DNA from: Octopus vulgaris
Lineage: Eukaryota
Reading direction: 5' to 3'
DNA: 64,000 nucleotides
NCBI GenBank assembly: GCA_951406725.2
Contig: OX597835.1
Location: 37,448,001-37,512,000, forward strand
The position numbers and the translations under genes were made by a program. Numbering within the stretch: position 1 is the first letter of the stretch; each line of letters opens with the position of its first letter. Positions 26,330 to 40,500 of this stretch are shown piece by piece. The notes beneath the pieces were generated by a model, which searched no databases, was not told the origin of the DNA, and was given only the letters and a program-made list of their open reading frames with translations.

Positions 26330-26690
26330 GTTGAGCGAAGCAATCTTTGTCCTCTTGGGAGAAGTCCGAAACATGGGCCTTTGCTATTCGTAAGACCCAC
26401 AGAAGAGAAAGCAGGTCAACCCCCAACACGGAGAGCATTGATGGATGGATGAGTGTGCATCCAGGCTCAGCGGTTGCGTAGGAAGTCGGGGACAAAAAAC
26501 AGAAAGGAAGAGTGAGAGAAAGTTGGGGTGAAAGAGTACAACAGGGGTCGCCACTAGCCCCTGCAGGAGCCTCGTGTAGCTTTAGCTATTTTCGCTCAAT
26601 AAACACACACAACGCTCGGTCTGGGAATCGAAACCGCGATCCTCCGACCACGAGTCCACTGCCCTAACCACTGGGCCATTGCGCCTCCAC
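26330..26690 (-). mobile_element. Family R SINE
   Basis: tRNA-like head at 26620-26690; different tail from the 15090 copy. Confidence 0.8.
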
Positions 26691-27000
26691 TTGTTGCTGC
26701 TGGTCACTGTTTCTGTCATGCATAGCAGGATCTCAGTCCTTCATGTTGTCAAACCAAGATTTTCCCCATCTGTGTCCCTTTCACCATCCCACAACTGTGT
26801 CCCGAAGATTTGTTTTCGACAGGGTGCTGTAGCAGAATACTTGACATTGCCAGGCAAGCTTTCATTTTTCTTTTAACCTGCAACAGAAGCTTTCCTGTCT
26901 GGAAGTATTGTCACTGACTTATTGCCTGATAAACTATTCATCCTCCAAAAACCAGACACAGTATTCGAATTCAATCATTGCCAGGTTCCTAAGCACTTTG
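26690..27000 (-). mobile_element. Degenerate RTE C-terminal fragment
   Basis: STLSKTNLRDTVVG...GKSWFDNMKD resembles LSKTILQGTVEG...KSWxDNIK. Confidence 0.45.
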
Positions 27001-27528
27001 TTCCACAATCTTCAGCTGCCATTTTTGACCCCACTGTTTGACAGGGTTGTTAATGATAGCTCTAGGTTAACACAAACGATATGGAAGAGATTTGCTAATG
27101 GAAACCTGTCAGGTGAATTGTATCTGTGATTTAGGTCTTCCAGTTTGCATTTGCATTCATGGAAATTACCAACACCTTTCGTTTTTTTCTATGATAGCAA
27201 TTCACATCATATTTTCTCATAATTCATATTTTCTCTTTTGCTTTTTGTATTAACTCTTCCCCTCCTACAAATGTTCATATACATACATATATATCTGTGT
27301 ATATATGTATATGTATATGTGTGTATGTGTGTGTGTCTGCATGAGAGAGAGAGAGAAAGGGCACATGGATGAGTGGTTATGGTATTGCATTCACAATCTG
27401 GGGATCGTGATTTCAGTTCCTAGACTGAGTGGTGCATTGTGTTCACGGGTAATAGACTCTGATGTCTTTACAGGGGATCAATTCCATGAGGTAAAGAATG
27501 GCTGTCTACTCAACTAGATCCCCCCCCC

Positions 27529-27563
<35 letters not shown>

Positions 27564-27564
27564 A

Positions 27565-27862
27565 CACCAACTGAGTGTGATCATTGCCAGAGAGCAGATA
27601 TCTAGCCTCCATGCCGGTGGCATGTAAAAGACACCATTTGAGCGTGATCATTGCCAGTACCGCCTTACTGGCCCCATGCTGGTAGCACGTAAAAGCACCC
27701 ACTACACTCTCGGAGTGGTTGGCGTTAGGAAGGGCATCCAGCTGTAGAAACTCTGCCAGATCAAGATTGAAGCCTGGTGCAGCCATCTGGTTCACCAGCC
27801 CTCAGTCAAATCGTCCAACCCATGCGAGCATGGAAAGCAGACATTAAACGATGATGATGATA
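27565..27862 (+). mobile_element. RTE LINE 3' UTR-derived copy
   Basis: Forward copy ending aaacgatgatgatga. Confidence 0.85.
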
Positions 27863-27889
27863 TATATATCTATTGTGTGAGTATATTTG

Positions 27890-28122
27890 AAAGCTGTGAG
27901 CTGGCAGAATCATTAGCATACCGGGCGAAATGCTTAGCAATATTTTGCCTGTCACTATGTTCTGAGTTCAAATTCCACCGAGGTCAACTTTGCCTTTCAT
28001 CCTTTCGGAGTCAATCAAATAAGTACCAGTTACGCACTGGGGTCAATGTAATCAACTTAATCTGTTTGTATGTCCTTGTTTTTCCTCTCTGTGTTTAGCC
28101 CCTTGTGGGCAGTAAAGAAATA
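27890..28122 (+). mobile_element. Family M SINE
   Basis: Head and Meta-like core. Confidence 0.85.
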
Positions 28123-28529
28123 GATATATATTGTGTGAGTGTGCATGTGTGATTTGAGAGGCCAACCTTGTCATTCAGCCCATTCTACTGATTCTGCTGG
28201 ATAACTATGTCAAACGCATGAGTATCTGTGGAATACTCAGGCACATACATGCATGCATTCACTGAATAAGTAATTCAGTTGATTGAATATTGGGAATACA
28301 AATAATCAAACTCAATAAAGGAATTATTTATTTTGCTTAAATTATTTGATTGCTTAATTCTAGTGGAATGTTTATGTTTTGTTGTTGTCTATAACTACAG
28401 TGCAGTCACACTGACAAAAACAGCAATAACAACAGTAGCAACAACTCCAAAGCCAATTGCAAAATCAGCAGCAAAAGAGAATAAAAACAACAAACACCAC
28501 CATAAAGAGTTGGGGAGGAAGGAGAAAAG

Positions 28530-29568
28530 AATAATAATAATAATAATGATAATATTAATAATGACAATAATGATAGAAATAATAAAAATAATAGTATTTT
28601 TATTATTATTTTTATTATTATCATTATCATTATATTATTATTTTTATATTATTATTATTATTATTATATTATATTATTATTTTTATTATTATTATATTAT
28701 TATTATTATTATATCATTATTATTATCATCATATTATTATTATTATTATATTATTTTTATTATTATTATATTATTATTATATTATTATTATTATTATATC
28801 ATTATTATTATCATCATATTATTATTATATTATTTTTATTATTATATTATTATTATTATTATATCATTATTATTATCATCATATTATTATTATTATTATA
28901 TTATTTTTATTATTATTATATTATTATTATATTATTATTATTATTATATCATTATTATTATCATCATATTATTATTATTATTATATTATTTTTATTATTA
29001 TTATATTATTATTATATTATTATTATTATTATATCATTATTATTATCATCATATTATTATTATATTATTTTTATTATTATATTATTATTATTATTATATC
29101 ATTATTATTATCATCATATTATTATTATTATTATATTATTTTTATTATTATTTTTATTATTATTATATTATTATTATTATTATATCATTATTATTATCAT
29201 CATATTATTATTATTATTATATTATTTTTATTATTATTATATTATTATTATATTATTATTATTATTATATCATTATTATTATCATCATATTATTATTATA
29301 TTATTTTTATTATTATATTATTATTATTATTATATCATTATTATTATCATCATATTATTATTATTATTATATTATTTTTATTATTATTATATTATTATTA
29401 TATTATTATTATTATTATCATCATTATTATTATCATCATATTATTATTATATTATTATTATTATTATTATTATATCATTATTATTATCATCATATTATTA
29501 TTATATTATTTTTATTATTATATTATTATTATTATTATATTTTTATTATTATGATATTATTATTATAA
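28530..29568. repeat. (TAA)/(TTA)n tract with about 150-bp higher-order unit
   Basis: atatcattattattatcatc in the same context at 28711 and 28861; the 411-aa ORF is an artefact. Confidence 0.9.
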
Positions 29569-30929
29569 GAAGAAGACGAAGAAAAGGGGTTGAATTGGTG
29601 GTGTGGGTGGTGGGGTTTATAACATCAATGTTGAAGAAAAAGAAGAGCAACAACAATGACATCGAACATAACCACGAGAACAAGAGCTACCACCACCACG
29701 AGGGCTGAGTAGAAGAGGAACAACTGATATTACTACAGCAATAACAAGGAGAACAACAACAACAAATACAACATTAATATCAACAACATTCAAATCAACA
29801 GCAACGGCAACAACAACAACAACAGCTCCAAGTACAACATTTGCATTATTGTGAATTAGTCACATGAATAAAATATGTCACATTAAATAGAAGCAAGAAA
29901 TACACAGCAAAAATATTCCAAGAATACAAAAAAAACAAATATTATCTAAATTCATAAATAAAAGGGAATGAATGATTGAGTGAATGGGTGAATACAGCTA
30001 CGAAAGCGGACTCCATTAAAATAAAGCTTTTAAATTCAAAAATTCAACACCTAATTTTAAAATGGAAAAACAAAAAACAAATCAAAACAAAAAAACAAGG
30101 AAAAACCCAAAATTCAAGAATGTTTTATTTTTCCTAGTTTCGAACTAAGAAAGAATAAAAGCCATTGTTCCTTTTTTTTAATATTTTTAAAGCATTTTTT
30201 AAAATAGAATGGAAGAAAATAATGAAAATATCATAGATAATAATGATGATGACGATGACAAAAATAAAAAATAAAAAGAGAAATAATATTGATAATAATA
30301 ATAATAATAATAATCCTTTCTACTAAAGGCACAAGGCCTGAAATTTGGTGGAACAAGGACAAGTTAATTACATCGACTCCATTGCATTACTAGTTATTTT
30401 ATTTTATCGACCCCCGAAAAGATGAAAGGCAAAGTCTACTTCAGTGAGATTTGAGCTCAGAATGTGAAGACAGATGAAATACTGTTAAGCATTTTGCCTG
30501 GCATAATAATAATAATAATGATGATGATAATAGTTTCAAATTTTTGGCACTAGGCTAACAGTTTTTGAGGAGGAGGGGAAGCTGATTAAAGATAATGATG
30601 ATGATGATGAGCACAATAATAATAATAATAATAATGGTAATAATAACAGTAATAATAATAAAAATGCTAATAATGATGAAAATAATAATAATGATCCTTT
30701 ATTTACCCACTTTTCTTAGTTGCCTTACAATATTGTTACAATATCGTGATTGTTAACATGTTATTTTAAAAATTCCATTTTTTATTATTTGTCTACTTTT
30801 GCCTATTTTTGTAACAAAAGAATTTTCGAATTTGCATCTATTTTATTTTAGTTCTCCCCCACCCCACCACAGGTTTCAGTTTTCTTTTCCATTTCTTCTT
30901 CATAGTGTATATGTTATATACATATATAT

Positions 30930-30960
<31 letters not shown>

Positions 30961-31194
30961 TAATATATATATATATTTGTGTATGTATGTGTGCGTGTGT
31001 TTATTCACACACTATGCATAGATACTATATATATATATTCATAAGAACATAAGTATATATCTACATGTATACATACATATGTACATATATATATATATAT
31101 ATATATCTTTATATCTACATATGTATATATATATATATCATCATCATCATCATCGTTTAATGTCCGCTTTCCATGCTAGCATGGGTTGGACTAT

Positions 31195-31216
31195 ATGTAT
31201 ATATCTTTATATCTAC

Positions 31217-31252
<36 letters not shown>

Positions 31253-31267
31253 TTATATCTACATATG

Positions 31268-31305
<38 letters not shown>

Positions 31306-31339
31306 ACATATGTATATATATATATATCTTTATATCTAC

Positions 31340-31377
<38 letters not shown>

Positions 31378-31660
31378 TTATATCTACATATGTATATATA
31401 TATATATATCTTTATATCTACATATGTATATATATATATATATATCTTTATATCTACATATGTATATATATAAATATATATATATATATATCTTTATATC
31501 TACATATGTATATATATATATCTTTATATCTACATATGTATATATATATATATCTTTATATCTACATATGTATATATATATATATCTTTATATCTACATA
31601 TGTATATATATATATATCTTTATATCTACATATATATATATATCTTTATATCTACATATG

Positions 31661-31680
<20 letters not shown>
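31195..31680. repeat. About 30-40-bp minisatellite TCTTTATATCTACATATG(TA)n
   Basis: More than 10 visible units. Confidence 0.9.
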
Positions 31681-31691
<11 letters not shown>

Positions 31692-31797
31692 ATAAATACA
31701 TACATGCATAAGTATATCTAAATAAATATACGTATTTATGTCTGTTTGCCTTTCTACTTGTCTGTTCCTCATTCTCTTCTCTCTCTCTCTCTCTCTC

Positions 31798-31868
<71 letters not shown>

Positions 31869-33359
31869 GGGAATAACAATACAACTAAGAAAAAAGGTGA
31901 AAAATATATGAAATATGATAAAACATGACATGGATTGTTGTCGTAGGAACCAAAAAAGAAAAACGAAAACCCAGAAAGGTGTCGATAACTTCCATAAATG
32001 CTAATGCAAAAAGACAGAGCTAAACGTCTTTTCTTTGCTTTTTGCATTAGCCATTTTTGTGAAAAGAAAAATTTTATTTAGGTAAATATTTTTCAAGTTT
32101 CATGGTTTTAATTTTTCATTTTTTCCCCTTCATGCGAGAGAAATGATGTACAGAGCTGTATAGGGGTGTGTAGGATGGGGTAGTTAATTGTCTTGTTTTT
32201 TTTGCAATATTTCGAAATTTTTTTTATATCTTCAAAATTGTCTCTTTTTCACTTCTGATTTTTGTCATTTTTTTCCCTCCCTGAAAAAAAAAGTGGCATG
32301 GTGAAAGGAAACGAAATTTCCTTTCACTTGTATCGATCGCAATTTCTTCTTCTTATAATAATAATAATAATAATAATAATAGTAATAATAGTAGTAGTAA
32401 TAATAATAATAGTAATAATAATAATAGTAATAATAATAACAGTAATAATAATAATAATAACAGTAATAATAATAAAAATAACAGTAATAATAATAATAGT
32501 AATAATAATAATAATAATAATAACAGTAATAATAATAATAATAACAGTAATAATAATAATAATAATAATAATAATAGTAATAATAATGATAATGATGATA
32601 ACAACAATAATGATAATAATAAAAATATTATTATTATTATATTTGTTATTATTATTATCACAATTGTTTGATATAACAATTAATAACAGAAGGCAACAAA
32701 AGAAATAAGAAATGATATAAAAGGATGCAATGAAGGAAACAAAAAAAAACAAAAACAAAAACAGAAAAGAAATTGGTGACAAAATAATGATAGAAAAGTA
32801 GCTGCAGTGATAGTGGTTGTAGCAGCAGCAGCAGTAATAGTTGTAGTAGTAGTAGTCACAGAGAAAACAAGGAAGGATTGAAAATCATTAAAAATGTAAA
32901 AATAATAATGGTAATAACAATAATAATGACAATAATATACACACACACACACACATATATAGATGTACATACAAGTAGGAGAGAGAGAAGGAGAGAGGGA
33001 AAGAGTGAGAGAAGAAAAACTTCATCCATCCGAAAGTGTGTTAAGGGTTTGGGTGAGGTGGTTACCTTCGAAAATGGAACAAGAAGAAAAACAAAAATAA
33101 TAAAAGAATGAATTTCATTTTACGTATTTTTTTTGTTTTTTGTTTTAAAGAAAAGTAAAAAAAGTGTTTTTTGAAAATATCTCCTATTATTTTTGAGATT
33201 CATATTTAGAATGACACTCTTTGGAAATGGTACAAAATGAAATGTTTGACAAGCAATCTCTTCCTATTATTACAGTAATTCTTCACCTACTTTCCAATGC
33301 ACACATCTGAGATCTTTTTTAAAAAGATCCTACCGTTGTTGTTGTTGTTAATATCGTTA

Positions 33360-33780
33360 TGAGCTGGCAGAATTGTTAGCGCACTGGGCAAATTGATTAG
33401 CGGCGTTTTTTTCTGACTCTTTACACTCTGAGTTCAAATTCCGCTGAGGTTGACTTTGCCTTTCATCCTTTCAGGGTCAATAAAATAAGTACCAGTTGCG
33501 TGCCGGGGTTCGGTGTAATCAGCTTACCCTCTCTCTTGAAAATTACTGACCTTGAATTTGAAATGGCAAGCTGGCAGAATCATTCGTATGTCATTCAAAA
33601 TGCTTAGCAGCATTCCATCTGTCTTTGTGTTCTGAGCTCAAATTCTGCTGTGGTTGACTTTGCCTTTCATCCTTTCGGGGGTCGATAAAATAAGTACCAG
33701 TTGCGTACTGGGGTTGATGTAATTGACTTACCTGCTCCCCCCAAATTGCTGGACTTGCGCCAAAAATTTGAAATCATTAT
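33360..33780 (+). mobile_element. Two family M SINEs
   Basis: gctggcagaat head and gttgactttgcctttcatcc core, twice. Confidence 0.8.
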
Positions 33781-33945
33781 TATTATTAGTATTATCATTC
33801 ATGGTTTCCTTTTATCATATCTTTATTCCAACTGCCTTTGTACCGGGCATCCTCCGGAGGCCAAGAGTAGCAAGGGCACTTTTGTTTTGCTATACATGCT
33901 AGAATTAGCACTGCATTTATTCCATTGGGCTGTAGTGCATGTGTG

Positions 33946-33996
<51 letters not shown>

Positions 33997-34039
33997 CAAA
34001 TAAGAAAATGGAGAAACAAATTTAGTTTACTCTCTCTCT

Positions 34040-34250
34040 CTTACTCTTTTACTTGTTTTAGTCATTTGACTGTGGCCATGCTGGAGCACCATCTTTTTAG
34101 TCGAGCAAATTGACACCGGGACTGATTCTTTGTAAGCCTAGTACTTATTCTATTGGTCTCTTTTTGCCAAACCGCTAATTACGGGGACGTAAACACACCA
34201 GCATCGGTTGTCAAGCAATACTAGGGGGACCAACACAGACACACAAACAT

Positions 34251-34299
<49 letters not shown>

Positions 34300-34463
34300 C
34301 ATATATACGACGGGCTTCTTTCAATTTCCGTCTACCAAATCCACTCACAAGGCTCTGGTCGGCCCGAGGCTATAGTAGAAGACACTAGCCCAAGATGCCA
34401 CGCAATGGGACTGAACCCGGAACCATGTGGTTGGTAAGCAAGCTTCTTACCACACAGCCACTC
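34040..34463 (-). mobile_element. Family C SINE
   Basis: Full reverse copy with internal (TA)n. Confidence 0.85.
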
Positions 34464-34553
34464 AACGTACGGATATTATAATGCTGGATTGTTTATTCAT
34501 TTTACAAATGAGAACATCAAAAGCATACATATTATATAAATCAATGGATAAGA

Positions 34554-37500
34554 TCATCATCATCATCATCGTTTAACGTCCGTTTTCCACGCTAGCACGG
34601 GTTGGACGGTTCGACTGGGGTCTGGGAAGCCAGGGACTGCACCAGGCTCCAGTCTGATCTGGCAGAGTTTCTACAGCTGGATGCCCTTCCTAATGCCAAC
34701 CACTCCGTGAGTGTAGTGGGTGCTTTTTATGTGCCACCTGCACAGGTGCCAGGGGGGTCCGGCAAGGGCCACGATCGGTTGGAGCTTTTAACGTGCCACC
34801 GGCACAGAAGCCAGCTAAGGCAGCGCTGGCAACGGCCATGTTCGGATGGTGCTTTTTATGTGCCACCGGCACAGAAGCCAGTCGGGGCGGCGCTGGCATC
34901 GGCCACGTTTGGATGGTGCTTTTTATGTGCCACCGGCACAGAAGTGAGTCGAGGAGGCGCTGGCAACGGCCACGTCCGGATGGTGCTTTTTATGTGCCAC
35001 CGGCACAGGTATCACAACTACTATTTCCATTGATATTTATATTTATTTCGATGTTCATGTACTTGAATCAACAGGTCTCCTCAAGCACAGCGAGACGTTC
35101 CGGGATCCAGGGTACTTTGAATGGGCAGGGGGCTATGCAGAACTGGTGCAGGAAGCAGCCCGGGTCTTTGCAGTCACAGCATATCTCCATAGATCTCGGT
35201 CCTTCACCATTGCCTCAGTGAGGCCCAACGCTCTGAGGTCATGCTTGACTACCTCATCCCATGTCTTCCTGGGTCTACCTCTCCCCTTGATACCTTCAGT
35301 GGCACTTCTTCACACATCTCTCCTCATCCATCCGCAGTACATGACCATACCATCGCAAGCGTCGCTCTTGCACACCACATCTGATGCTTCTTATGTCCAG
35401 CATTTCTCTCAGGGTGCTTACACTCTGTCGTGCATGCACACTGACATTACACATCCAGCGGATCATGCTAGCTTCATTTCTTTCAAGTCTACGCATGTCC
35501 GCTGCAGTCACAGCCCATGTTTCACTACCGTGAAGCATGGCAGTTCGCACACATGCATCATACAATCTACCTTTCGCTCTGAGCGAGAGACCTTTTGTCA
35601 CCAGTAGGGGTAGTAGCTTTCTGAACTTTGCCCAGGCTATTCGTATTCTAGTAGTGATACTCTCTGAGCATCCACCTCCACTACTAACTTGGTCACCCAG
35701 GTAGCGGAAACTGTCAACTACTTCTAGTTTCTCCCCCTGGAGTGTGATGGAATCTGTTTTCTGAGTGTCTGTGGTGTCTATTGTCCCTGTGCATCTGCCG
35801 CACATGAAAGCTATCTTATCTGTTAATTTCCCTTTAATGTTGCTGCACCTCTTATGCGTCCATAGCTTACATTGGGTGCATCTTATGGAGTTTCTACCTA
35901 CACCTTTCCTACAGATCGAGCAGGGCCACCTACCCGAGGGTGTGTGTGCTGAGTTCGCCTTTCTGCTTACTATAACTTTGGTCTTCGCTACATTTACTCT
36001 AAGGCCCTTTGATTCTAACCCTTGCTTCCACACCTGAATTTTCTTTTCTAGTTCCAGTAGTGATTCTGCTATGAAAGCCAGGTCATCAGCATAGAGGAGC
36101 TCCCAGGGGCAACCTATTTTGAATTCCTCTGTTATTGCCTGGAGGACTATGATGAATAAAAGGGGACTGAGGGCTGAGCCTTGGTGTACACCTACTTCTA
36201 CCCGGAATTCTTCACTATATTCGTTGCCAATCCTAACCTTGCTGACAGCCTCTCTGTATAGAGCCTGTACAGCCCTTATTAGCCATTCATCAATTTCCAG
36301 TTTCCGCATCGACCACCAGATAAGGGATCGGGGAACCCTGTCAAAGGCTTTCTCCAAGTCCACAAAAGCTATGTAGAGGGGTTTATCTTTAGCTAGGTAC
36401 TTCTCCTGCAGTTGTCGGACCAGGAATATAGCATCAGTGGTGCTTCTACCTGGCACAAAACCGAACTGCATCTCATCTAAGCAAATTCTCTCCCTAATGA
36501 GATGGGTTATGACCCTCTCTGTGACCTTCATCACCTGATCCAACAGTTTAATACCCCTGTAGTTATTTCTATCTAGAGCATCACCCTTACCCTTGTAGCA
36601 GTTGACTATGGTGCTGCTACGCCAGTCATTGGGTATGAATCCATTGTGAACTACCTGGTTTACAATGTGGGTGACTAGGCCATAGCCCACATAGCCAGCT
36701 GTTTTAAGCATCCCAGCAGTGATTCCTGATGGGCCGGGGGCTTTACCTGTTTTCATATCCTTAATTGCCTTAAACTACAAGGGAGCTCTCTATTCGGATA
36801 GCTGGTCCCTCTACTGGGTCAACATTTGGCAGGCTCTCCTCCTCCCATTCATTCTCCTCATTCAGCAGTCTTTCGTAATGGCTTCTCCAAGCCTCTTTCT
36901 TTAAACCAACATTAAAAGCAAGTGCCCCATCATCCATGCGGACACATTTCTCTCCTGTAACATCACTATTTTCTCTCACACACTGTCTGGCAATCTGAAA
37001 TACCTCAGCTCTTTGGTCCTCACGTTGCAGGACATTGGCAAACTTCTTTTCTGCTACATATTTGGCTATGTATACCTGCCGCCCAGCCTCCCTTTTGGCT
37101 ACCTGGTACAGTTCCCTGCTGCCCCCATCCCTCCAGGCTTTCCAGGCCTGTCTCTTTGCACTAATGGCTTTGTTACTGCACTATTCCACCACCACGTAAC
37201 TCTAGGTCTGGAAGGGACTTTGCACCATCCACAGACTTGGTCTGTGGCACTCAGCAAGCTGTCCCGTAGGAATTCCCAGCTACCTTCTATGTCCGATGTC
37301 TGAAGTTCCTCCTCCCTCTCATCAAATTTCTTGATGAGGATGTCCCTAAATCTCGGACCATGTGAAGGGTTCTTTAGCTTCCAAATCCTTCTTTTCTGGA
37401 TTGGTTTGTTTCTTGGAGTCCTTCTGGCCTCAAGCTTAAAGTCACTGATGATTAGCCTATGCTGAGGGATACATTCTTCACCCGGGAGGGTCTTTGTATT

Positions 37501-37610
37501 TAAGAGTGACCCTGCATCCCGCTGTCTGGTGAGGATGAAGTCTATTTGGCTAGCGGAGTCTCCTGACTGATAGGTTATAAGGTGGCAGTCTGGCTTACAA
37601 ATACAGATTT
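34554..37610 (-). mobile_element. 5'-truncated RTE-clade LINE (APE C-terminus, RT, 3' UTR, (GAT)n tail)
   Basis: APE motifs SQIDFIL/QHRLI (37099-37620); RT motifs; several frameshifts; repeat-containing UTR at 34554-35100. Confidence 0.95.
35296..36756 (-). pseudogene. RTE ORF2 reverse transcriptase region with embedded PHD-type finger (frameshifted at both ends)
   Basis: KAPGPSG, NYRGIKLL, QFGF, FVDLEKAFDRV, GVHQGSALSPLLF, YADD, FRYLG, RLRWYGHV. Confidence 0.95.
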
Positions 37611-37877
37611 TAAAAGTCATATTATAAATTAATGAAATCCTAAAATTAATACAATAAATGAATTAATTGCATTGCAATTAAAAACATTTGTGTATTAAGA
37701 ATTTGGGTACTTTACCAACAGTATATTGGATAAATGATATCCCATAGTGGGTTACACCCATAACCCCTATCTTACTTTGTACTATATATATATAATAATA
37801 ATAATATTAGGGAGTATAGCTCCAAACTTACAGGGAAAAATTCGATTTAGTATTAAATCAAATTTCACAGTATAAAT

Positions 37878-38245
37878 ACATAAAATATGAATTAGAGATA
37901 AAACCACTATTGTGCAACTCAAACAGTGATAGACATAAACCAATACATAAATAACAAATAATATAAATATAATTAATATAATATATGATATATATATAAT
38001 ATAATTTTTTTTCAAAAATTATAAAAAGAATGATAAATATAATCTAATAAGTAATAAGTATAATCTAATAAGTACTTATTAGATTATATTTATCATTCTT
38101 TTAATACTTATTTTGAAAAAAAAGATTATCTTATATATATATATATATATTATAGTAATTATATTTATATTATTTATTTATGTATTGGGTTATGTCTATC
38201 ACTGTTTGAGTTGCATAATAGTGGTTTAATCTCTAATTCATATTT

Positions 38246-38250
<5 letters not shown>
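37878..38250. repeat. AT-rich fold-back palindrome, about 370 bp
   Basis: tatgaattagagataaaaccactattgtgcaactcaaacagtgatagacata mirrored at about 38190-38245; centre ctaataagtacttattag. Confidence 0.85.
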
Positions 38251-38279
<29 letters not shown>

Positions 38280-38348
38280 TACATACATACATAACAGCCA
38301 ACTAACAACTGTATATATAAACTGTGGTTATTGGGGCATGACTACCTT

Positions 38349-38850
38349 CTACTTATATGTAGTATGTAGTACTGGGGATGTTTCATTTATGAGGATGTAC
38401 TCCTGTATTTGTCTGAGTGTTGGGTCCTTCGGGAGCTTAGATGAAATGTAGATATCAAGTTGACCCAGTGTGCCACCATGTTGGTCTTTGGCATGATGAT
38501 AAGAGTATGGAGGACTGTTTTTTTTGTCGTCATATTGTCTCAAATGTACATTTAGTCTCTCCGCAATGCTTCTCACCAATGTATGTCATGTACTTGTCTT
38601 TACAAGCACCTTATGCTGTAGACTACATTTCTAGTTCTACAGTTAATGACAGGGTTAATCTTACACACCATGCAGTTATCATTGGTGCATGTGGGATTCT
38701 GAAAAGGGTAGTCCTACATTGTTGTAATATGATGGTGCTCCCTGGCTTTTCAACGATCTTAATGTTGTATTTAGGCTCCTTCACAACTTTCCTAATAGAC
38801 TCCCTGTCCTTGATACTGAACTTTGGTAAGAGACTTTGAACAACAGAGTG
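38349..38850 (-). pseudogene. Penelope-like GIY-YIG endonuclease and linker fragment
   Basis: RNVVYSIRC...YIGE/RSIAERLNVH...H..D.H...RQIQEYILINETSPVL across frameshifts. Confidence 0.8.
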
Positions 38851-39060
38851 CAGCTCCTCCATCACTATTACATGAAACCCATAGCTTCTAAATATGTTGT
38901 TCACAAGAAAGGCACTGTGTTCTGCTGTCTAAAAATCAAAATAGCTATCCGACAGCTCCACTTCACTGAAACATGCATCTCCTCCAGGCTATACACAAAA
39001 TCTATTAATTCAGCTGTCAAGCAGCTACAACTCAAAGAACGTCAAGCAAGAAAAAACTAA
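38850..39060 (+). pseudogene. Probable Penelope-like RT thumb fragment, inverted relative to the adjacent endonuclease
   Basis: HYYMKPIASKYVVHKK..V...LK resembles the PLE Y.KP..S...(L/V)H..S....K motif. Confidence 0.45.
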
Positions 39061-39342
39061 AACACATGATGTTACAAAACATTAAAAAAGAAGATATACA
39101 CAGAAATCAGCCGCACCAGAATAGAAAGAGGATTCTACTGAATGAACTGAAAAATCACCAGTACACCACAGCAAAGGGACAAATTCATAAGAAACACCCA
39201 ACCATAATACACACATGCATACATACATGCATATATAAATATTAGCAGTCTGGTTCAATCCCACTGTATGGAATTTTCATCAGGTGTTTTCTACCATAAC
39301 CTCAGGCTGACCAAAGCCTTATGAAAAACTAAAAGAAACCTG

Positions 39343-39387
<45 letters not shown>

Positions 39388-39580
39388 CAATAACACTATA
39401 AAATGGTCAATTTGAAAACCCCACTAGAATGGGCGAAAGCACTAATATATGATATATGTTATATGATGTATAAAAACACGTAATATACAAATAAATATCT
39501 GTAAATATAAAACCAGCTGAATTTCTGAGTACCTCATTTCTTCTAATATAAAATACCTGTACATCATCTCCAAACCTTCT

Positions 39581-39657
<77 letters not shown>

Positions 39658-39724
39658 CTTTATAAAACTTTTCAGCATTTTCTATTTTGACTTGTTTTTT
39701 CATATATATATATATATATATATT

Positions 39725-39897
39725 TTGGGGAGAATTCACAAAAAAAAAAGACAAATACAGGTGGTGTAGACAACAAACAGATGTATTAGTTTAATGCTCC
39801 GGAAGTGAAAAAGTCTTTAATGTTTCGAGCCTATGCTCTTCCACAGAAAGAAACAAGGAGAGAAAATAATGTGTAGTGGCTAGCAATCTATCATGGG
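39725..39897 (-). mobile_element. Family H1 element copy 2, with A6U hammerhead-like motif at 39815-39850
   Basis: CUUU-CUGUGGA-A-GAGC(AUAG)GCUC-GAAA-C-AUU-AAAG. Confidence 0.65.
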
Positions 39898-40089
39898 ATA
39901 GACAGGCAGAAAGAAATATAAATATAGATATAGGTATATCTTTGTGTCTTTGTGTCTGTGTTTGGTCCCCACCACTGGTCGACAATTGGTGGTGTTCTGT
40001 TTACATCCCCATAACTTAGAAGTTTTGCAAAACAGTTCGATAAAATATGTACCAAGCTTAAAATACAATAAGTACTGGGGTTGGTTCTT

Positions 40090-40285
40090 ATACTCTTTTA
40101 CTTGTTTCAGTCATTTGACTGTGGCCATGCTGGAGCACCGCCTTTAGTCGAGCAAATCGACCCCGGGACTTATTCTTTGTAAGCCCAGTACTTATTCTAT
40201 CAGTCTCTTTTGCCGAACCGCTAAGTGACGGGGACATAAACACACCAGCGTCGGTTGTCAAGCAATGCTAGGGGGACAAACACAG

Positions 40286-40328
<43 letters not shown>

Positions 40329-40500
40329 CATAAAAATGATGGGCTTCTTTCAGTTTCTGTCTACCAGATCCACTCACAAGGCATTGGTCGGCCCGGGGCT
40401 ATAGCAGAAGACACTTGCCCAAGGTGCCCCGCAGTGGGACTGAACCCGGAACCATGTGGTTTGTTAGCAAGCTACTTACCACACAGCCACTCCTGCGCCT
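40090..40500 (-). mobile_element. Family C SINE, near consensus
   Basis: Full reverse copy, head ggcgcaggagtggctgtgtggtaag. Confidence 0.9.

Noticed and set aside
28333-29568. 411-aa hydrophobic ORF
   Set aside because: (TTA)n repeat artefact
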